64,000 bases of DNA from NCBI RefSeq assembly GCF_024521635.1, contig NW_026250403.1, forward strand, positions 2,170,001 through 2,234,000, given 5' to 3'. Both the position numbers and the translations under genes were made by a program. The notes under the pieces are model-generated. The model ran no database searches. It saw nothing but the letters and a program-made list of their open reading frames with translations, and had not been told where the DNA came from. Of the stretch, positions 63,505 to 64,000 are shown piece after piece. The stretch comes from Tricharina praecox (Eukaryota). The first letter of the stretch is position 1. The number at the start of each line of letters is the position of its first letter.

Positions 63505-64000
63505 CTACCCCATCAGCACCTGACAACCACAATCCTTCATCGCCTTCCTCCAATGCACCTCCCTCTCGCCCTTCCCAAACTGCATATCCAGGTGGTCCCT
63601 GACGTCCCACACCTCGCGGAGTATCCTCTCGGCAAAGCTCAGGACGCCATATGGCTCTAGATGCTGGACCCGGCGCACAAAGAAGTCCCTATGCTCCCTC
63701 GTCTCGGCGAGCGACCCGCCCACGAGCAGTGGCCAAACGATGCAGCGATCGCAGCCTATGGATCCAGTCGGTATCGTCTCTATCACCGCAACCAGCTCGC
63801 TTACGAACCCGCGGAACAGCTCCAGGTGCGGGCGAAAGCCGAGGCTGATACTCCAGATATGTATCCTAGTGGCGAGGACGAACGCGGCCGTGATGGCCTC
63901 GTGCGGCAGCAGCAGCACGCCGTACGACAGCGGCTCCGGCTCGGGCGTGCACGACGGCGACGGGTACGATATCACCGCGAGCGCGGCCGACGGCTTTGCC
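63505..64000 (-). CDS. 3' end of a fungal-specific transcription factor domain protein (Zn2Cys6-associated), truncated by the window edge
   Basis: C-terminal pattern IVWPLLVGGSLA..RDFF..ILREVW..VHWRKAM..VLMG typical of Fungal_trans_2-type proteins. The ORF stays open to the window end. Confidence 0.75.
   Translation of the reverse strand, partial: AKPSAALAVISYPSPSCTPEPEPLSYGVLLLPHEAITAAFVLATRIHIWSISLGFRPHLELFRGFVSELVAVIETIPTGSIGCDRCIVWPLLVGGSLAETREHRDFFVRRVQHLEPYGVLSFAERILREVWDVRDHLDMQFGKGEREVHWRKAMKDCGCQVLMG

Overview
Genomic DNA of a filamentous ascomycete (short GT-AG introns with CTRAC/CTAAC branch sites; Pezizomycotina, class not determinable from this window). Supported protein genes: a Pth11-like membrane protein with a 5-nt microexon (3435-5052), a secreted Cys-rich repeat polyprotein with three Kex2-type KR sites (10065-11774), a protein with a probable ubiquitin-like domain (17305-19307), an Atg28-like protein, a conserved ascomycete hypothetical protein (30371-31424), a KduD-like short-chain dehydrogenase, a PPZ-type phosphatase, a Mak31/Naa38-like LSM protein and the 3' end of a fungal transcription factor. 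There are two intron-containing tRNA-Val(TAC) genes with identical exons on opposite strands. Mobile DNA comprises a 2.2-kb non-autonomous TIR element with an 8-bp TSD, whose terminal hairpins are in flip/flop orientation, a decayed Mutator transposase, an inverted pair of a 1.2-kb repeat, and a small MITE-like relic. About 22-53.8 kb is almost gene-free, rich in microsatellites and in a TAGAGTA motif, with a candidate 55-aa SH3-ligand microprotein in its middle. All family assignments are from visual motif recognition, not database searches.
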